38,306 bases of DNA from Candidatus Omnitrophota bacterium (lineage in GTDB: Bacteria > Omnitrophota > Gorgyraeia > Gygaellales > Profunditerraquicolaceae). The notes below the pieces were generated by a model. The model had not been told where the DNA came from. It did not search any database and saw only the letters and a list, made by a program, of their open reading frames with translations. Shown one piece after another: positions 8,819 to 18,063 of the stretch. A program made the translations under genes and the position numbers. Numbering within the stretch: position 1 is the stretch's first letter; the number at the start of each line of letters is the position of its first letter. The DNA is taken from positions 1-38,306 of the forward strand of contig JBEKSD010000015.1 of NCBI GenBank assembly GCA_049517335.1, read 5' to 3'.

Positions 8819-10741
8819 TTATTGTTCTTCCTGTTTTTTACTGGTCTGATATTGGGTTATAATCGGCTGGGCAATTTTATGCGGGACTTCCTCATAATGG
8901 GAAAAACGCATAACATAGCTTCCTCTTCCTCCAGTTATGGAACGCAGGTCATTGGCATATTTAAACATTTCGGCGAGGGGTATCTGGGCTTTCATAACTT
9001 GCATCCTTCCCTTTACGTCCATACCCATTACGCGTCCGCGGCGGGAATTAATATCCCCAGATATTGCACCTAAAAATTCTTCCGGCAAAGTTACCTCCAC
9101 ATCCATTATCGGCTCCAGTAAAACCGGCCCTGCATCATTGACGGCTTTCCTTAAGGCCATTGCCCCGGCTATTTGAAAAGCCATATCAGAAGAATCAACA
9201 TCGTGATAGGAACCGTCGTAAAGCATCACGCGGATATCTTCTATGGGGTATCCGGCAACCGCCCCTTCGGCACAAGCCTGCCTGATGCCTTTTTCTGCCG
9301 AAGGAATGAAGTTCCTCGGGATTGCCCCTCCGAAAACCTTATCTACGAATTCAACCCCCTTGCCTCTTTCAAGCGGAGAGACTTCTATCCAGACATCGCC
9401 GTACTGCCCCCGGCCGCCTGACTGTCTCTTGAATTTACCCTGGCATTTAACGTTTTTAGTGATCGTTTCTTTGTAAGAAACTTTCGGTTTCCCCAGATCA
9501 ACGGCAACATTGAACCTTTTCTTTAACCTACCGATCATAACCGCCAAATGCAAATCGCCAAGCCCGGATATGATTAATTCTTTCGTTTGCGGGTCGTGCG
9601 AAACCTTGAAAGTCGGGTCTTCCAAGGCAAGCTTATGCAGGGCATCGGAAATTTTCTCTTCGTCTTCCCGCGATTTCGGCTTAACTGAAGCGGATATTGC
9701 GGCTTCGGGAAAATTTATCGGCTCAAATAAAAACTGCTCTTTCTCCGTTAAAAGGGAATCGGAAACAGCCGTATCTTTAAGCTTCGCAATGGCGATAATA
9801 TCCCCGCAACCTGCCGTATCAATTGCCCTTTGCTCTTTGCCTTCCAAAAGATAAAGCGAACCGATCCTCTCTTTTACCTTTTTAGAGGCATTGTAAAAGC
9901 TGCTGCCGGAAGCGAGCGTGCCGGAAAATACCCTAAGCAAAGTAAGCTGCCCGACGTAAGGATCAGAGATATTTTTAAAAACGAAAGCGGAGAAAGGCGC
10001 GGAATCAGAGAAAGCCAGCCCTTTAATAGCCAACCGCTGTGCCGGATCCGGAAGGTATTGGAGTACCTCATCCAATAAATCCTGAACGCCTTTGTCAGTT
10101 AACGCAGAACCTTCTACCACGGGAAAAAGTTTACGCTTAATCACCGCCTCCAAGAGCCCCGCTTTAATCTCATCCTGAGAAAGTTTCATAACTTCCAAAT
10201 ATTTTTCAAGGAGCGAATCGCTACTTTCGGCAACCGCTTCCATTAAATCCGGGTCCTCAAGCGATTTAATCACAACGCAATTCTTGGAAAGCCTGATCTT
10301 TAATTCCGACAAAACCTTATCCCGGTCAACGTCTTCTTTATCTATTTTATTTAAGAAAATAACGCACGGTAAGCCCGCTTCTTCAACAATCTGCCAGGTG
10401 CGCTCTGTGCCGACTTCAACCCCGCTGGAAGCGTCTACGACAATTACCGCCCCGTCTACTGCACGCACGCCTGAAAGGACTTCGCCGAAGAAATCCGCAT
10501 AACCGGGCGTGTCTAAAATCTGGATACGCACGCCTTTATATTCGCAAAAGAGCAGGCTTAAATTTATGGAACTTTTCCTTTCAATCTCGTCAAAACTGTA
10601 ATCGCTGACCGTAGTGCCGTCTTCTGTCCTACCTTTTCTGGTTGTGGCCTTACAGAAATAAAGGATGCTTTCGGCAAGGGTAGTTTTTCCCGCCTGGGCG
10701 TGCCCTAAGAGGATAAAATTACGTTTATTCTTAACATCCAT
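8819..10741 (-). CDS. fusA: Elongation factor G paralog (EF-G2/EFG II-like)
   Basis: GHAQAGKTT, DTPGYADF, NKID, EDPTF, QSGGRGQYG, YHDVDSS, LLEPIM, DLRSITGGRG. Switch motifs are non-canonical. Confidence 0.9.
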   Translation of the reverse strand: MDVKNKRNFILLGHAQAGKTTLAESILYFCKATTRKGRTEDGTTVSDYSFDEIERKSSINLSLLFCEYKGVRIQILDTPGYADFFGEVLSGVRAVDGAVIVVDASSGVEVGTERTWQIVEEAGLPCVIFLNKIDKEDVDRDKVLSELKIRLSKNCVVIKSLEDPDLMEAVAESSDSLLEKYLEVMKLSQDEIKAGLLEAVIKRKLFPVVEGSALTDKGVQDLLDEVLQYLPDPAQRLAIKGLAFSDSAPFSAFVFKNISDPYVGQLTLLRVFSGTLASGSSFYNASKKVKERIGSLYLLEGKEQRAIDTAGCGDIIAIAKLKDTAVSDSLLTEKEQFLFEPINFPEAAISASVKPKSREDEEKISDALHKLALEDPTFKVSHDPQTKELIISGLGDLHLAVMIGRLKKRFNVAVDLGKPKVSYKETITKNVKCQGKFKRQSGGRGQYGDVWIEVSPLERGKGVEFVDKVFGGAIPRNFIPSAEKGIRQACAEGAVAGYPIEDIRVMLYDGSYHDVDSSDMAFQIAGAMALRKAVNDAGPVLLEPIMDVEVTLPEEFLGAISGDINSRRGRVMGMDVKGRMQVMKAQIPLAEMFKYANDLRSITGGRGSYVMRFSHYEEVPHKIAQPIITQYQTSKKQEEQ

Positions 10742-10777
10742 ATCGTGCAGATTCCTTCTTTAGCTTATAAAGAAAGG

Positions 10778-11962
10778 TTATTCGAGGTACGTGTATATCT
10801 TACCTTTGTAGTTGCGTAGGACGTATTTACCTTTTGCCTGCGAAAGGATATAATTGGGTCCGATAGGTATTTTCCCGCCGCCGCCCGGGCCGTCAATGAC
10901 GTAAGTCGGCACAGCGTAACCGGAAGTGTGCCCCCGGAGTTTTTCAATAATATTAATGCCGACGGCAACGGGAGTGCGGAAATGCTGGGTTCCGCGCACC
11001 GGGTCGCACTGATAGATGTAATATGGCCTGACTCTTATCTGTAAAAGCTCATGCACTAATTTTTTCATAATAAACGGCCGGTCATTTATCCCTTTCAGCA
11101 ACACCGTCTGACTTCCCAAAGGTATACCCGCCTCTGAAAGCATATCGCAGGCATTTTTGCAGCGTTTGGTTATCTCCTTGGGATGATTAAAATGTATACT
11201 TATCCAGAGAGGGGAATGTTTTTTGAGCATATTTACTAAGTTTTCGGTAATACGCTGCGGTAAAGTTACCGGGACACGCGTGCCGAGCCTTAAAAACTCA
11301 ACGTGCGAAATGGAGCGTAACTTTTGGATTAAATTTTCCAACACATCATCCTCCAAAATCAACGGGTCTCCTCCGGAAATAAGCACGTCGCGCACTTTTT
11401 TATTATTTTTAATATACTCAATTGCCGCGTCAAACTTGGTAGCGGGATTATCATCTTCTTCCTGTTCGCCTACGAGCCTGCGCCGGGTACAATGCCTGCA
11501 ATACATCGCGCAATGTTCGGTTGCCAGCAATAAAACCCTGTCCGGGTACCTGTGCACCAGATGCGGCGCGGGCGAATCCCTGTCTTCAGCACATGGGTCG
11601 GTCATCTCGTGCGGAGAAACCGTAAATTCTGCCGATACGGGGACTGCCTGCCGCCTTATCGGGCAATTTGCGTCTTCCGGGTCAATTAAGCTGACCCAAT
11701 AAGGAGTAATCGCCATGGAAAGACGCCCCTTTGCCTTATCTATTCCCTTTTCCTCCTCGGGAGTTAATTTTATAATTTGAGCGAGCTCTTCTTTGCTGCG
11801 TATCCTGTGCTTGAGCTGCCAATGCCAATCCTCCCAGTCAAGAGGATTCACGTCTTTATAAAGGCTTAACTGCTGATAATCGCGCACCCTTTTAGCCGGA
11901 CGACTGATAATAACCGCTTCCTGCTGTAATTTCTGGTTCTCAACCGTAATGGGAGAGCTCAA
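10778..11962 (-). CDS. kamA: KamA-family radical SAM/PLP aminomutase (lysine 2,3-aminomutase-like)
   Basis: HRYPDRVL, CAMYCRHCTRRR, SGGDPL, HFNHP, QTVLLKGIND, YYIYQCD, DGPGGGGKIP. Confidence 0.92.
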   Translation of the reverse strand: MSSPITVENQKLQQEAVIISRPAKRVRDYQQLSLYKDVNPLDWEDWHWQLKHRIRSKEELAQIIKLTPEEEKGIDKAKGRLSMAITPYWVSLIDPEDANCPIRRQAVPVSAEFTVSPHEMTDPCAEDRDSPAPHLVHRYPDRVLLLATEHCAMYCRHCTRRRLVGEQEEDDNPATKFDAAIEYIKNNKKVRDVLISGGDPLILEDDVLENLIQKLRSISHVEFLRLGTRVPVTLPQRITENLVNMLKKHSPLWISIHFNHPKEITKRCKNACDMLSEAGIPLGSQTVLLKGINDRPFIMKKLVHELLQIRVRPYYIYQCDPVRGTQHFRTPVAVGINIIEKLRGHTSGYAVPTYVIDGPGGGGKIPIGPNYILSQAKGKYVLRNYKGKIYTYLE

Positions 11963-12960
11963 TTTAACCTTTTCCTTTCCGAGGCGCTGAGTAATATCGC
12001 ATCAATAAGATCTTCGTATTTCATTCCGGCCGCGTAGGCCATTGCGGAGAAATTAGAGTCTTTTGGATTTAAACCCGGAAGAGGATTTATCTCTAACACA
12101 TAAGGCGTATTGAAGTTATCCAAACGGATATCGGTGCGGGAAATATCAAAACAGCCTAGGCAGCGGTGGGTCTTTAAAGCGACCTCTCTCACCTTTCTTT
12201 CCGTCTCCGCTGACAATTTTGCCGGACAATGAAATACGGGAGTGAGCCCCATTTCGGCATTCCCCTGAAATTCCTTCATTTTCCAGGAATAAAAATATTC
12301 CCCGCTATTCCTGCAGTTGGAAAAATCAATTTCAAGGATAGGTAATATGCAAACTTTTCCGTTTTCTAAAATACCAACGGTCAGTTCCCTACCTTCAATG
12401 AATTCCTCAACCAGGGCTTCCTGCCGGTAAACGCTTATCACTTCGCGTATTTTTCCATAGAGCTCTGGCCGGGTGTGCACGACATTGGTTTTATCTATCC
12501 CTTTAGCCGAGCCTTCGCGGTTCGGCTTTACTATGAGGGGAAACTTCAGTCTCGGGCTTAATGCTTCGTCCCCTCTTATAAAAGTCTGGAAATCAGGGGT
12601 AGGGATATTTTCTGCTTTTAAGATTTTTTTGGTGAGTGATTTATTTAATGCCAGCGCCAGCGAAAAACTGTTTGAGCCGGTGTAAGGAATATCCAGATAA
12701 TCAAGTATAGCGGGGACTTCCGATTCGCGGAATTTTCCTTTAATGCCTTCGGCGATATTAAAAACCATATCTACTCTGTTCTTGCGAAAATAGGAAACCA
12801 ACTGCGGGTACTCTACATCAATAGCTTCAACGCTATGCCCCCTCACTTTAAGCGCTGCGACTATCGCGTTTATAGTCTCTTCGGAATCGCACTCCGAGAA
12901 ATAATCCGCAGGCTTGCTTTCATCGTTCTTCTTTAAATTATAAGTAAGGGCGATTTTCAT
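11959..12960 (-). CDS. D-Ala-D-Ala ligase-like ATP-grasp enzyme
   Basis: VFNIAEG, RESEVP, YTGS, IVKPNREGSAKGI, EEFIEGRE, RTDIR, LEINPLPGL. Confidence 0.88.
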   Translation of the reverse strand: MKIALTYNLKKNDESKPADYFSECDSEETINAIVAALKVRGHSVEAIDVEYPQLVSYFRKNRVDMVFNIAEGIKGKFRESEVPAILDYLDIPYTGSNSFSLALALNKSLTKKILKAENIPTPDFQTFIRGDEALSPRLKFPLIVKPNREGSAKGIDKTNVVHTRPELYGKIREVISVYRQEALVEEFIEGRELTVGILENGKVCILPILEIDFSNCRNSGEYFYSWKMKEFQGNAEMGLTPVFHCPAKLSAETERKVREVALKTHRCLGCFDISRTDIRLDNFNTPYVLEINPLPGLNPKDSNFSAMAYAAGMKYEDLIDAILLSASERKRLN

Positions 12961-13949
12961 TTATGTAAATTATACCTCAAAAGAGCACTGTTGATTATTT
13001 TACCAATCATCTGCTCATAGGTAATGCCTAATGTTTTGGATATAAGCATGAAGACATCCTCCGTTGACAATGAAGGCAGCGGATTAATCTCTAAGACATA
13101 AGATTTCCCGTTTTTATCTACGCGGAAATCAACCCTTCCGAAATCCCTTGAATCAACCCCCTTATAAGCCATTAATGCGTACTTTTGGATTTCTTTTGTC
13201 AGCTTATCGCTTATCAAAGCTGGACAGACATACTCAAGCCTGTCGGAGGTAATGCGCGCGAAGGTATAAAATTTTTCATTAAGATCAAGGCTTCCGTCGA
13301 TTTTTACCTGGACTACCGGAAAAACTTCGGGCCTCTCATTACCCACTATAGCAACAGTAAATTCCTGCCCCGTTATGAATTCTTCAACCAGCGCCGGCTG
13401 TTTATAAGTATTGACTATAAAATCTACCTGCCTTTTTAACTCTTCCCTGTTGACCACGCGGGAACTTTCGCTTAAACCCTTGGATGAGCCTTCAAAGCGG
13501 GGTTTAACGATCATGGGAAATTCACAATGGTCGCAATTGATTAATTCTTCTCTGGAACTTACTTCAAAAAACTTAGGGGTGGGAATGCCTTCGGCAGTAA
13601 AGACTTTTTTTGCCATCACTTTATCCAGCGTAAGCCCAAGGGTAAGCGCATCGGAGCCGACAAAAGGTATCTTGGCCATCTCAAGTAATATGGGCACCTG
13701 CGATTCCCGGTTCCTCCCGCTTAAGCCCTCCGAAATGTTAAAAACCAGATCCACTTTTAAGCCGGTGAGCCTCTCAAGAAGCATCATAGCATTGCCGATA
13801 CGTTCAACTTTAAAACCGTTTGCTTCTATCGCTTTTGAAATAACATCGATCGTAGAAGGGTGGTCAAATTCGGCATTGGCATCAGCCGGGTCGCCCTTTT
13901 TAAATTTGTAATCCGTCTTTAAGTCGTAAGTTAATCCTACTGTTCTCAT
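12957..13949 (-). CDS. D-Ala-D-Ala ligase-like ATP-grasp enzyme (paralog of the adjacent gene)
   Basis: VFNISEG, RESQVP, FVGSD, IVKPRFEGSSKG, EEFITGQE, RVDFR, LEINPLPSL. Confidence 0.88.
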   Translation of the reverse strand: MRTVGLTYDLKTDYKFKKGDPADANAEFDHPSTIDVISKAIEANGFKVERIGNAMMLLERLTGLKVDLVFNISEGLSGRNRESQVPILLEMAKIPFVGSDALTLGLTLDKVMAKKVFTAEGIPTPKFFEVSSREELINCDHCEFPMIVKPRFEGSSKGLSESSRVVNREELKRQVDFIVNTYKQPALVEEFITGQEFTVAIVGNERPEVFPVVQVKIDGSLDLNEKFYTFARITSDRLEYVCPALISDKLTKEIQKYALMAYKGVDSRDFGRVDFRVDKNGKSYVLEINPLPSLSTEDVFMLISKTLGITYEQMIGKIINSALLRYNLHK

Positions 13950-13957
13950 GAGTTTAT

Positions 13958-13990
13958 AAAAAAGGGCTCCTGAATGAACTAAAGAGCCCC
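13958..13990 (-). terminator. Intrinsic terminator/attenuator-like hairpin directly upstream of the ATP-grasp start codon
   Basis: Minus strand GGGGCTCTT-TAGTTCATTC-AGGAGCCC followed by TTTTTT, ending 8 nt before the ATG at 13949. Confidence 0.65.
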
Positions 13991-14068
13991 TAATCTTTCC
14001 CCTATTTTTTCAATTTAATTTTTAAAAACCTCCCAAAAAGTTTCTGCAAAATATTTTATTCTATCTAT

Positions 14069-14097
14069 TTTTTATCATAAGATATGGCTATTGTCAA
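14069..14097 (-). promoter_or_regulatory. Sigma70-type promoter for the ATP-grasp/kamA operon
   Basis: Minus strand TTGACA (14097-14092), a 17-nt spacer ending in TGA (extended -10 TGn), then TAAAAA (14074-14069). Confidence 0.65.
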
Positions 14098-14158
14098 GTT
14101 TTTTTTGAGATTTAAGGATAGTTCCTGAGTGGGTTTTACCGACGAGAAATACAATTAT

Positions 14159-14896
14159 TTACTTTATAAATTCAACCTTGCCCCAGCTGACTAAATTATT
14201 TTTTAAAACTATGATTACGGCGATGACTCCTTTTATATCTTTGGCAAAATCCAGCGCTTTTTGCAGGTCTTCTTTGGAGTTCACGCGGTTAGCTACGGCA
14301 GTTGCCACGCTTGAGGCAAGAAGCGTACTTTTGGATAAAACTATTACGCTGTCAGCGCAGCCGAAATTCAATGATTGAGTCAGCGTACCGGAAAAAGTGG
14401 CTATGCCTAAAGGCGTATCTTTCGGTTTAATCTTAAGCTTTAACTTATTCCAAAGTTTGGCTTTTCCGGCGTAAATACCGATGCCGATACTCCTGGTAGT
14501 TTTCAGAAAAATACTTCCCGCATTCTCCACCACCACATCTTTAAAACCCGCCTCCAGAAGTTCATGCCCTAAACTTTCGGCAATTGCTCCGGCTACGGCG
14601 CTCATTGCTGTTGTATTTGCCTTTTTGGATTCCTGCGCTATATTTTTTATAATTAACGGCGCATCTTTAGCTGCCATAATGGGCTTCAAACTAACAAGGA
14701 AGGCCCGGTCTCTTTCAATGTAGTTCTCAATATCCATGCGGTACTGCCACATTTTTTTCCGGATAAAGACCTCATCGGTTTTTTTATTGGTCAGGATTTG
14801 CAGCTCCATATCCTTGTCAATAATCTGGGTCAGGCGTAGGTCCTCTGCCTTAACCCAACCCCGGTAGAAATTCTTCTTATATCTTCCCGTCTTCAT
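14159..14896 (-). CDS. UPF0280/ApbE-superfamily protein with degenerate active-site motifs
   Basis: AMSAVAGAIAE, VVENAGSIF, GIATFSGT..SLNFGCAD, VATAVANRV. Start taken at ATG 14896, just after the hypE stop, rather than 14938. Confidence 0.75.
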   Translation of the reverse strand: MKTGRYKKNFYRGWVKAEDLRLTQIIDKDMELQILTNKKTDEVFIRKKMWQYRMDIENYIERDRAFLVSLKPIMAAKDAPLIIKNIAQESKKANTTAMSAVAGAIAESLGHELLEAGFKDVVVENAGSIFLKTTRSIGIGIYAGKAKLWNKLKLKIKPKDTPLGIATFSGTLTQSLNFGCADSVIVLSKSTLLASSVATAVANRVNSKEDLQKALDFAKDIKGVIAVIIVLKNNLVSWGKVEFIK

Positions 14897-14897
14897 T

Positions 14898-15905
14898 CTA
14901 ACAAATCCTCGGTAGCGGCTCAGCCAAAAGCATATCAACTATGCGCTGCGTGCCAAAAGAAGTATGCAAAACAACTTCACCCTTGTGCCCGTTTACAATT
15001 GACCCGATAATCCGGGCAGAGCGCCCTGACTTTTGTTTTTTAAGCAGGGCGAGAATTTTTTCTGCCGCATTATCCTCCACTACGATAAGCGCGCATCCTT
15101 CGTTGGCAATATATAACGGGTCTAATCCTAAGAGCTCACAAGCCACCCTAACCTGCTGAGACAGGGGTATTTTATCTTCCCATATTTCTATGCCTAAATG
15201 AGCGCTTTGCGCAACCTCATTTAATGTCGTCGCTACTCCCCCCCGCGTCGGGTCACGCATGAATTTTATTCCCCACCCTTTTTTTAAAAGCGGGATTAAA
15301 AGTCGGGATAATGCAGCACAGTCGCTTTTTATCTTAAAACCCAAGTCCAGCTCATTCCTTTTGGCCAAAATAGCCAGCCCGTGCCGGCCTATGCCGGAAG
15401 TCAAAATAACCTTATCATTGGGGGAAATATTCTTAGCGGAAAGCCTGCGGTTTTTTATAATCCTGCCTATGCCGGAGGTGTTGATAAATATCTTGTCAGC
15501 CGCGCCTTTTTCAACCACCTTCAAATCCCCCGTGGCAACAATCACGCCTTCTCTTTCTGCAGTTTGGGAAATTGAATCAATAATCTTTTCCAAAATCTTT
15601 AAATCAAGCCCCTCTTCAATAATCAGCCCTAAGGAAATATATTCAGGTCTAGCCCCGAGCATCAACAGGTCATTTATAGTCCCGCAAACCGAGAGCTTGC
15701 CGATATCCCCTCCAGGAAAAAATAAGGGGCTTACTACAAATGAATCCGTGGTAAAGGCAAGAGATTCTCTGTATTTTATGAAGGCACTGTCTGAAAGTTC
15801 ATTTAAAACAGGATTATTAAATTTTTTAAGAAAAAGGTTTTTGATTAAATCGTGCGTAAGGGCGCCACCTGAGCCGTGCCCGAGAAGTATGCTGCGCTTA
15901 CCCAT
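14898..15905 (-). CDS. hypE: Hydrogenase maturation carbamoyl dehydratase HypE
   Basis: GHGSGG, FTTDSFVV, GGDIGKL, MRDPTRGG, ANEG, C-terminal LPRIC. Confidence 0.97.
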   Translation of the reverse strand: MGKRSILLGHGSGGALTHDLIKNLFLKKFNNPVLNELSDSAFIKYRESLAFTTDSFVVSPLFFPGGDIGKLSVCGTINDLLMLGARPEYISLGLIIEEGLDLKILEKIIDSISQTAEREGVIVATGDLKVVEKGAADKIFINTSGIGRIIKNRRLSAKNISPNDKVILTSGIGRHGLAILAKRNELDLGFKIKSDCAALSRLLIPLLKKGWGIKFMRDPTRGGVATTLNEVAQSAHLGIEIWEDKIPLSQQVRVACELLGLDPLYIANEGCALIVVEDNAAEKILALLKKQKSGRSARIIGSIVNGHKGEVVLHTSFGTQRIVDMLLAEPLPRIC

Positions 15906-16876
15906 TAATTCCCCTTTTCTTTGTTTTGCCTGAAGAGGTCAAGGAACCTGTCTTCGTATTCTTTATAGACATTCCATTTATCCAGCTCTACCTTAATCTC
16001 GCCGGCTTTATGGATATCCTTCTCTGCTTCCTTAAAAAGTTTCTCTATCCTCTCTTTTACTGATACAGGTAACTTAGTAAGCGAGCTTAAGGTCTTTTTG
16101 ATTTTCTCAATCTCTTCTTCCCCTATTGGACCCGGGCCCTGCTGGCTAGGAAGCTTGAGGTAATCAAGAAGCTTATTTATTTCATTTTCCATATTCTGCG
16201 CCTGCTCTATAAGCCCGGAAGTATTAATTTCAATATTCAAGATTTTCGCTAAAGCGTCCAAAACCGCGCTTGATGCCTTGGGGTTTTCAATCTGAATCGT
16301 GTAAAGTGGGATTGCCCCCAAGAGGCAGAACCCCTTGAGGCCTTCCTTCTTGGCTATGCCTAAAAATAAGCCGTTCATTCCGCTAATCTGGCCTTCGTTA
16401 AGCATCTGAACGTTAAACTTCTTCAAGTTAACGCATAATTCCGTATCTGTGGCGGCAAACCAAACATTGGAGCTCTGCGTGTGATCCACTGCTGAAGGCA
16501 TTGAAGCAAAACTAACGGCCATCTGGACATTAAAACTCTTGGCAAGATGGATTATCTTCTGCGTATAATGCTCTGCTTTACCTAAATCCGGCTGGGCATT
16601 GCTTAAGAAAATAATCAGGTCATTTTTGCCTTTCTTATTTTTCCAGAAAAAGAATTTACTTTGGGGAAAGAGTGGTATATCCATAACCCCCTGTTTAATC
16701 ATGCTACCTGTCAGGTAAAAAAACTCCTCAGGCAATATTTGGGCAAATTCCTCTGCCCCTAATTTATCAATAAGGTAACTTGCGGCCTTGAAGGCCACTT
16801 CTCCCATACCCGGCCAGGCAGCGATAAGGTATGGTTTTTTAAGCTTCGGCTTCTTTAAAAATTTTATCCCTTCCAT
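15905..16876 (-). CDS. PAC2 (proteasome assembly chaperone-like) family protein with a helical C-terminal extension
   Basis: LIAAWPGMGEVA..A..YL, AQP, GQISGMNGL, GFCLLG, NPKAS. Confidence 0.75.
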   Translation of the reverse strand: MEGIKFLKKPKLKKPYLIAAWPGMGEVAFKAASYLIDKLGAEEFAQILPEEFFYLTGSMIKQGVMDIPLFPQSKFFFWKNKKGKNDLIIFLSNAQPDLGKAEHYTQKIIHLAKSFNVQMAVSFASMPSAVDHTQSSNVWFAATDTELCVNLKKFNVQMLNEGQISGMNGLFLGIAKKEGLKGFCLLGAIPLYTIQIENPKASSAVLDALAKILNIEINTSGLIEQAQNMENEINKLLDYLKLPSQQGPGPIGEEEIEKIKKTLSSLTKLPVSVKERIEKLFKEAEKDIHKAGEIKVELDKWNVYKEYEDRFLDLFRQNKEKGN

Positions 16877-16878
16877 AG

Positions 16879-18009
16879 CTACTCCTTAATTTTATAACTT
16901 GTTAAGAACCTCTCCAGGGCTTGTGCCCCTTTATAAAGATTATCTATTTGTGCGTATTCATCTTTTGCGTGGGCGCATCCGTTTACGCCGAATCCGGTTG
17001 CAACAGCGGGGATATTCTTATGCTGGAAAAAAGTTATCACGGTAGCACCTTCCGAACCCGAGAGATGCGCTTCTCTATTCAAGCTACACATGGCTTTCTT
17101 TAAACCGAATACCAATGGATGGGTTTCCCTGATTAGATACGGCTGCTGGATACTTTCAACTTCAATCTTAAACTTTTTTGTATGTTTTTTAATCACTGTT
17201 TTTAATTCCCTTAATAGCGCCTTTGCGAACATCCCGGGCAGAAACCTGAAATCTAGCTCAAATTCACACCAATCGGCGACAATATTGACTTTATCCCCGC
17301 CCCTGATCGTACCCGTGTTTATCGTTGGAGGGTGCAAATACTTATTTTTCCTGAAATTAAATTTTCTGCTCCTTATTTCTTTGATAATATCTATAGCGGC
17401 ATCAATCGCATTTTCCCCGCGCCAGGGATAAGCCCCGTGTGCGCGCACCCCTTGAATCTTTACCTTCAAATGCATGAGCCCTTTTTGGGCAACGATTATA
17501 TTAAAATCATCAGCATCAAGCACTACGGCTGCATCCGCTTTAAGCAGGTTTCTATCCAAAAGGGGGATCAGTCCCAAGCCTGAACCGCATTCTTCATCCG
17601 CAGTAGCGGCAAAAATTAAGTTGTAGCCTAAAACTTTTTTTTCTTCAATGATACTATTGATTGCCTCCATTGCGCAGGCAAGGTTTCCTTTACAGTCTGT
17701 AGCGCCTAAACCATAAATTCTGCCGCCTAAGAGCGTGCCTCTTAAAGGACTCCTGCTCCAGCCTATACCCGCAGGCACGGTGTCCAAATGCGGGGTAACC
17801 AGAAGCGAATGAGCGGAATTTTTATTTAAAAGATACGCCAAAACATTCAAGCGTCTTCTTTTAAACGCATAAACTTTTACCTTTAAACCGATTTTTTTTA
17901 AATACCCCGAAACAAAATTGGCAATTTTAAATTCATCCCCCGGAGGGTTACGGGAATCAATGGATAATAATTTTTGCGTGAGTTTAATTAACCTTATTTT
18001 ATTTACCAT
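16879..18009 (-). CDS. M20 family metallopeptidase (ArgE/DapE-like)
   Basis: HLDTVP, GLGATDCKG, ADEECG, AHGA, GGDKVN, AHAKDE. Confidence 0.88.
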   Translation of the reverse strand: MVNKIRLIKLTQKLLSIDSRNPPGDEFKIANFVSGYLKKIGLKVKVYAFKRRRLNVLAYLLNKNSAHSLLVTPHLDTVPAGIGWSRSPLRGTLLGGRIYGLGATDCKGNLACAMEAINSIIEEKKVLGYNLIFAATADEECGSGLGLIPLLDRNLLKADAAVVLDADDFNIIVAQKGLMHLKVKIQGVRAHGAYPWRGENAIDAAIDIIKEIRSRKFNFRKNKYLHPPTINTGTIRGGDKVNIVADWCEFELDFRFLPGMFAKALLRELKTVIKKHTKKFKIEVESIQQPYLIRETHPLVFGLKKAMCSLNREAHLSGSEGATVITFFQHKNIPAVATGFGVNGCAHAKDEYAQIDNLYKGAQALERFLTSYKIKE

Positions 18010-18063
18010 GATTCTTTTTCCGGGCTGGTTTTAAAAGCTGTAATTTATGCTTAAAGAGAAGGC

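Noticed and set aside
11959-13949. Calling the ATP-grasp pair ddl
   Set aside because: They lack the N-terminal GGxSxE motif, are not in a mur/dcw cluster and are coupled to KamA.
14897-14938. Upstream start for the UPF0280 ORF
   Set aside because: It overlaps the conserved hypE C-terminus; ATG at 14896 fits translational coupling better.
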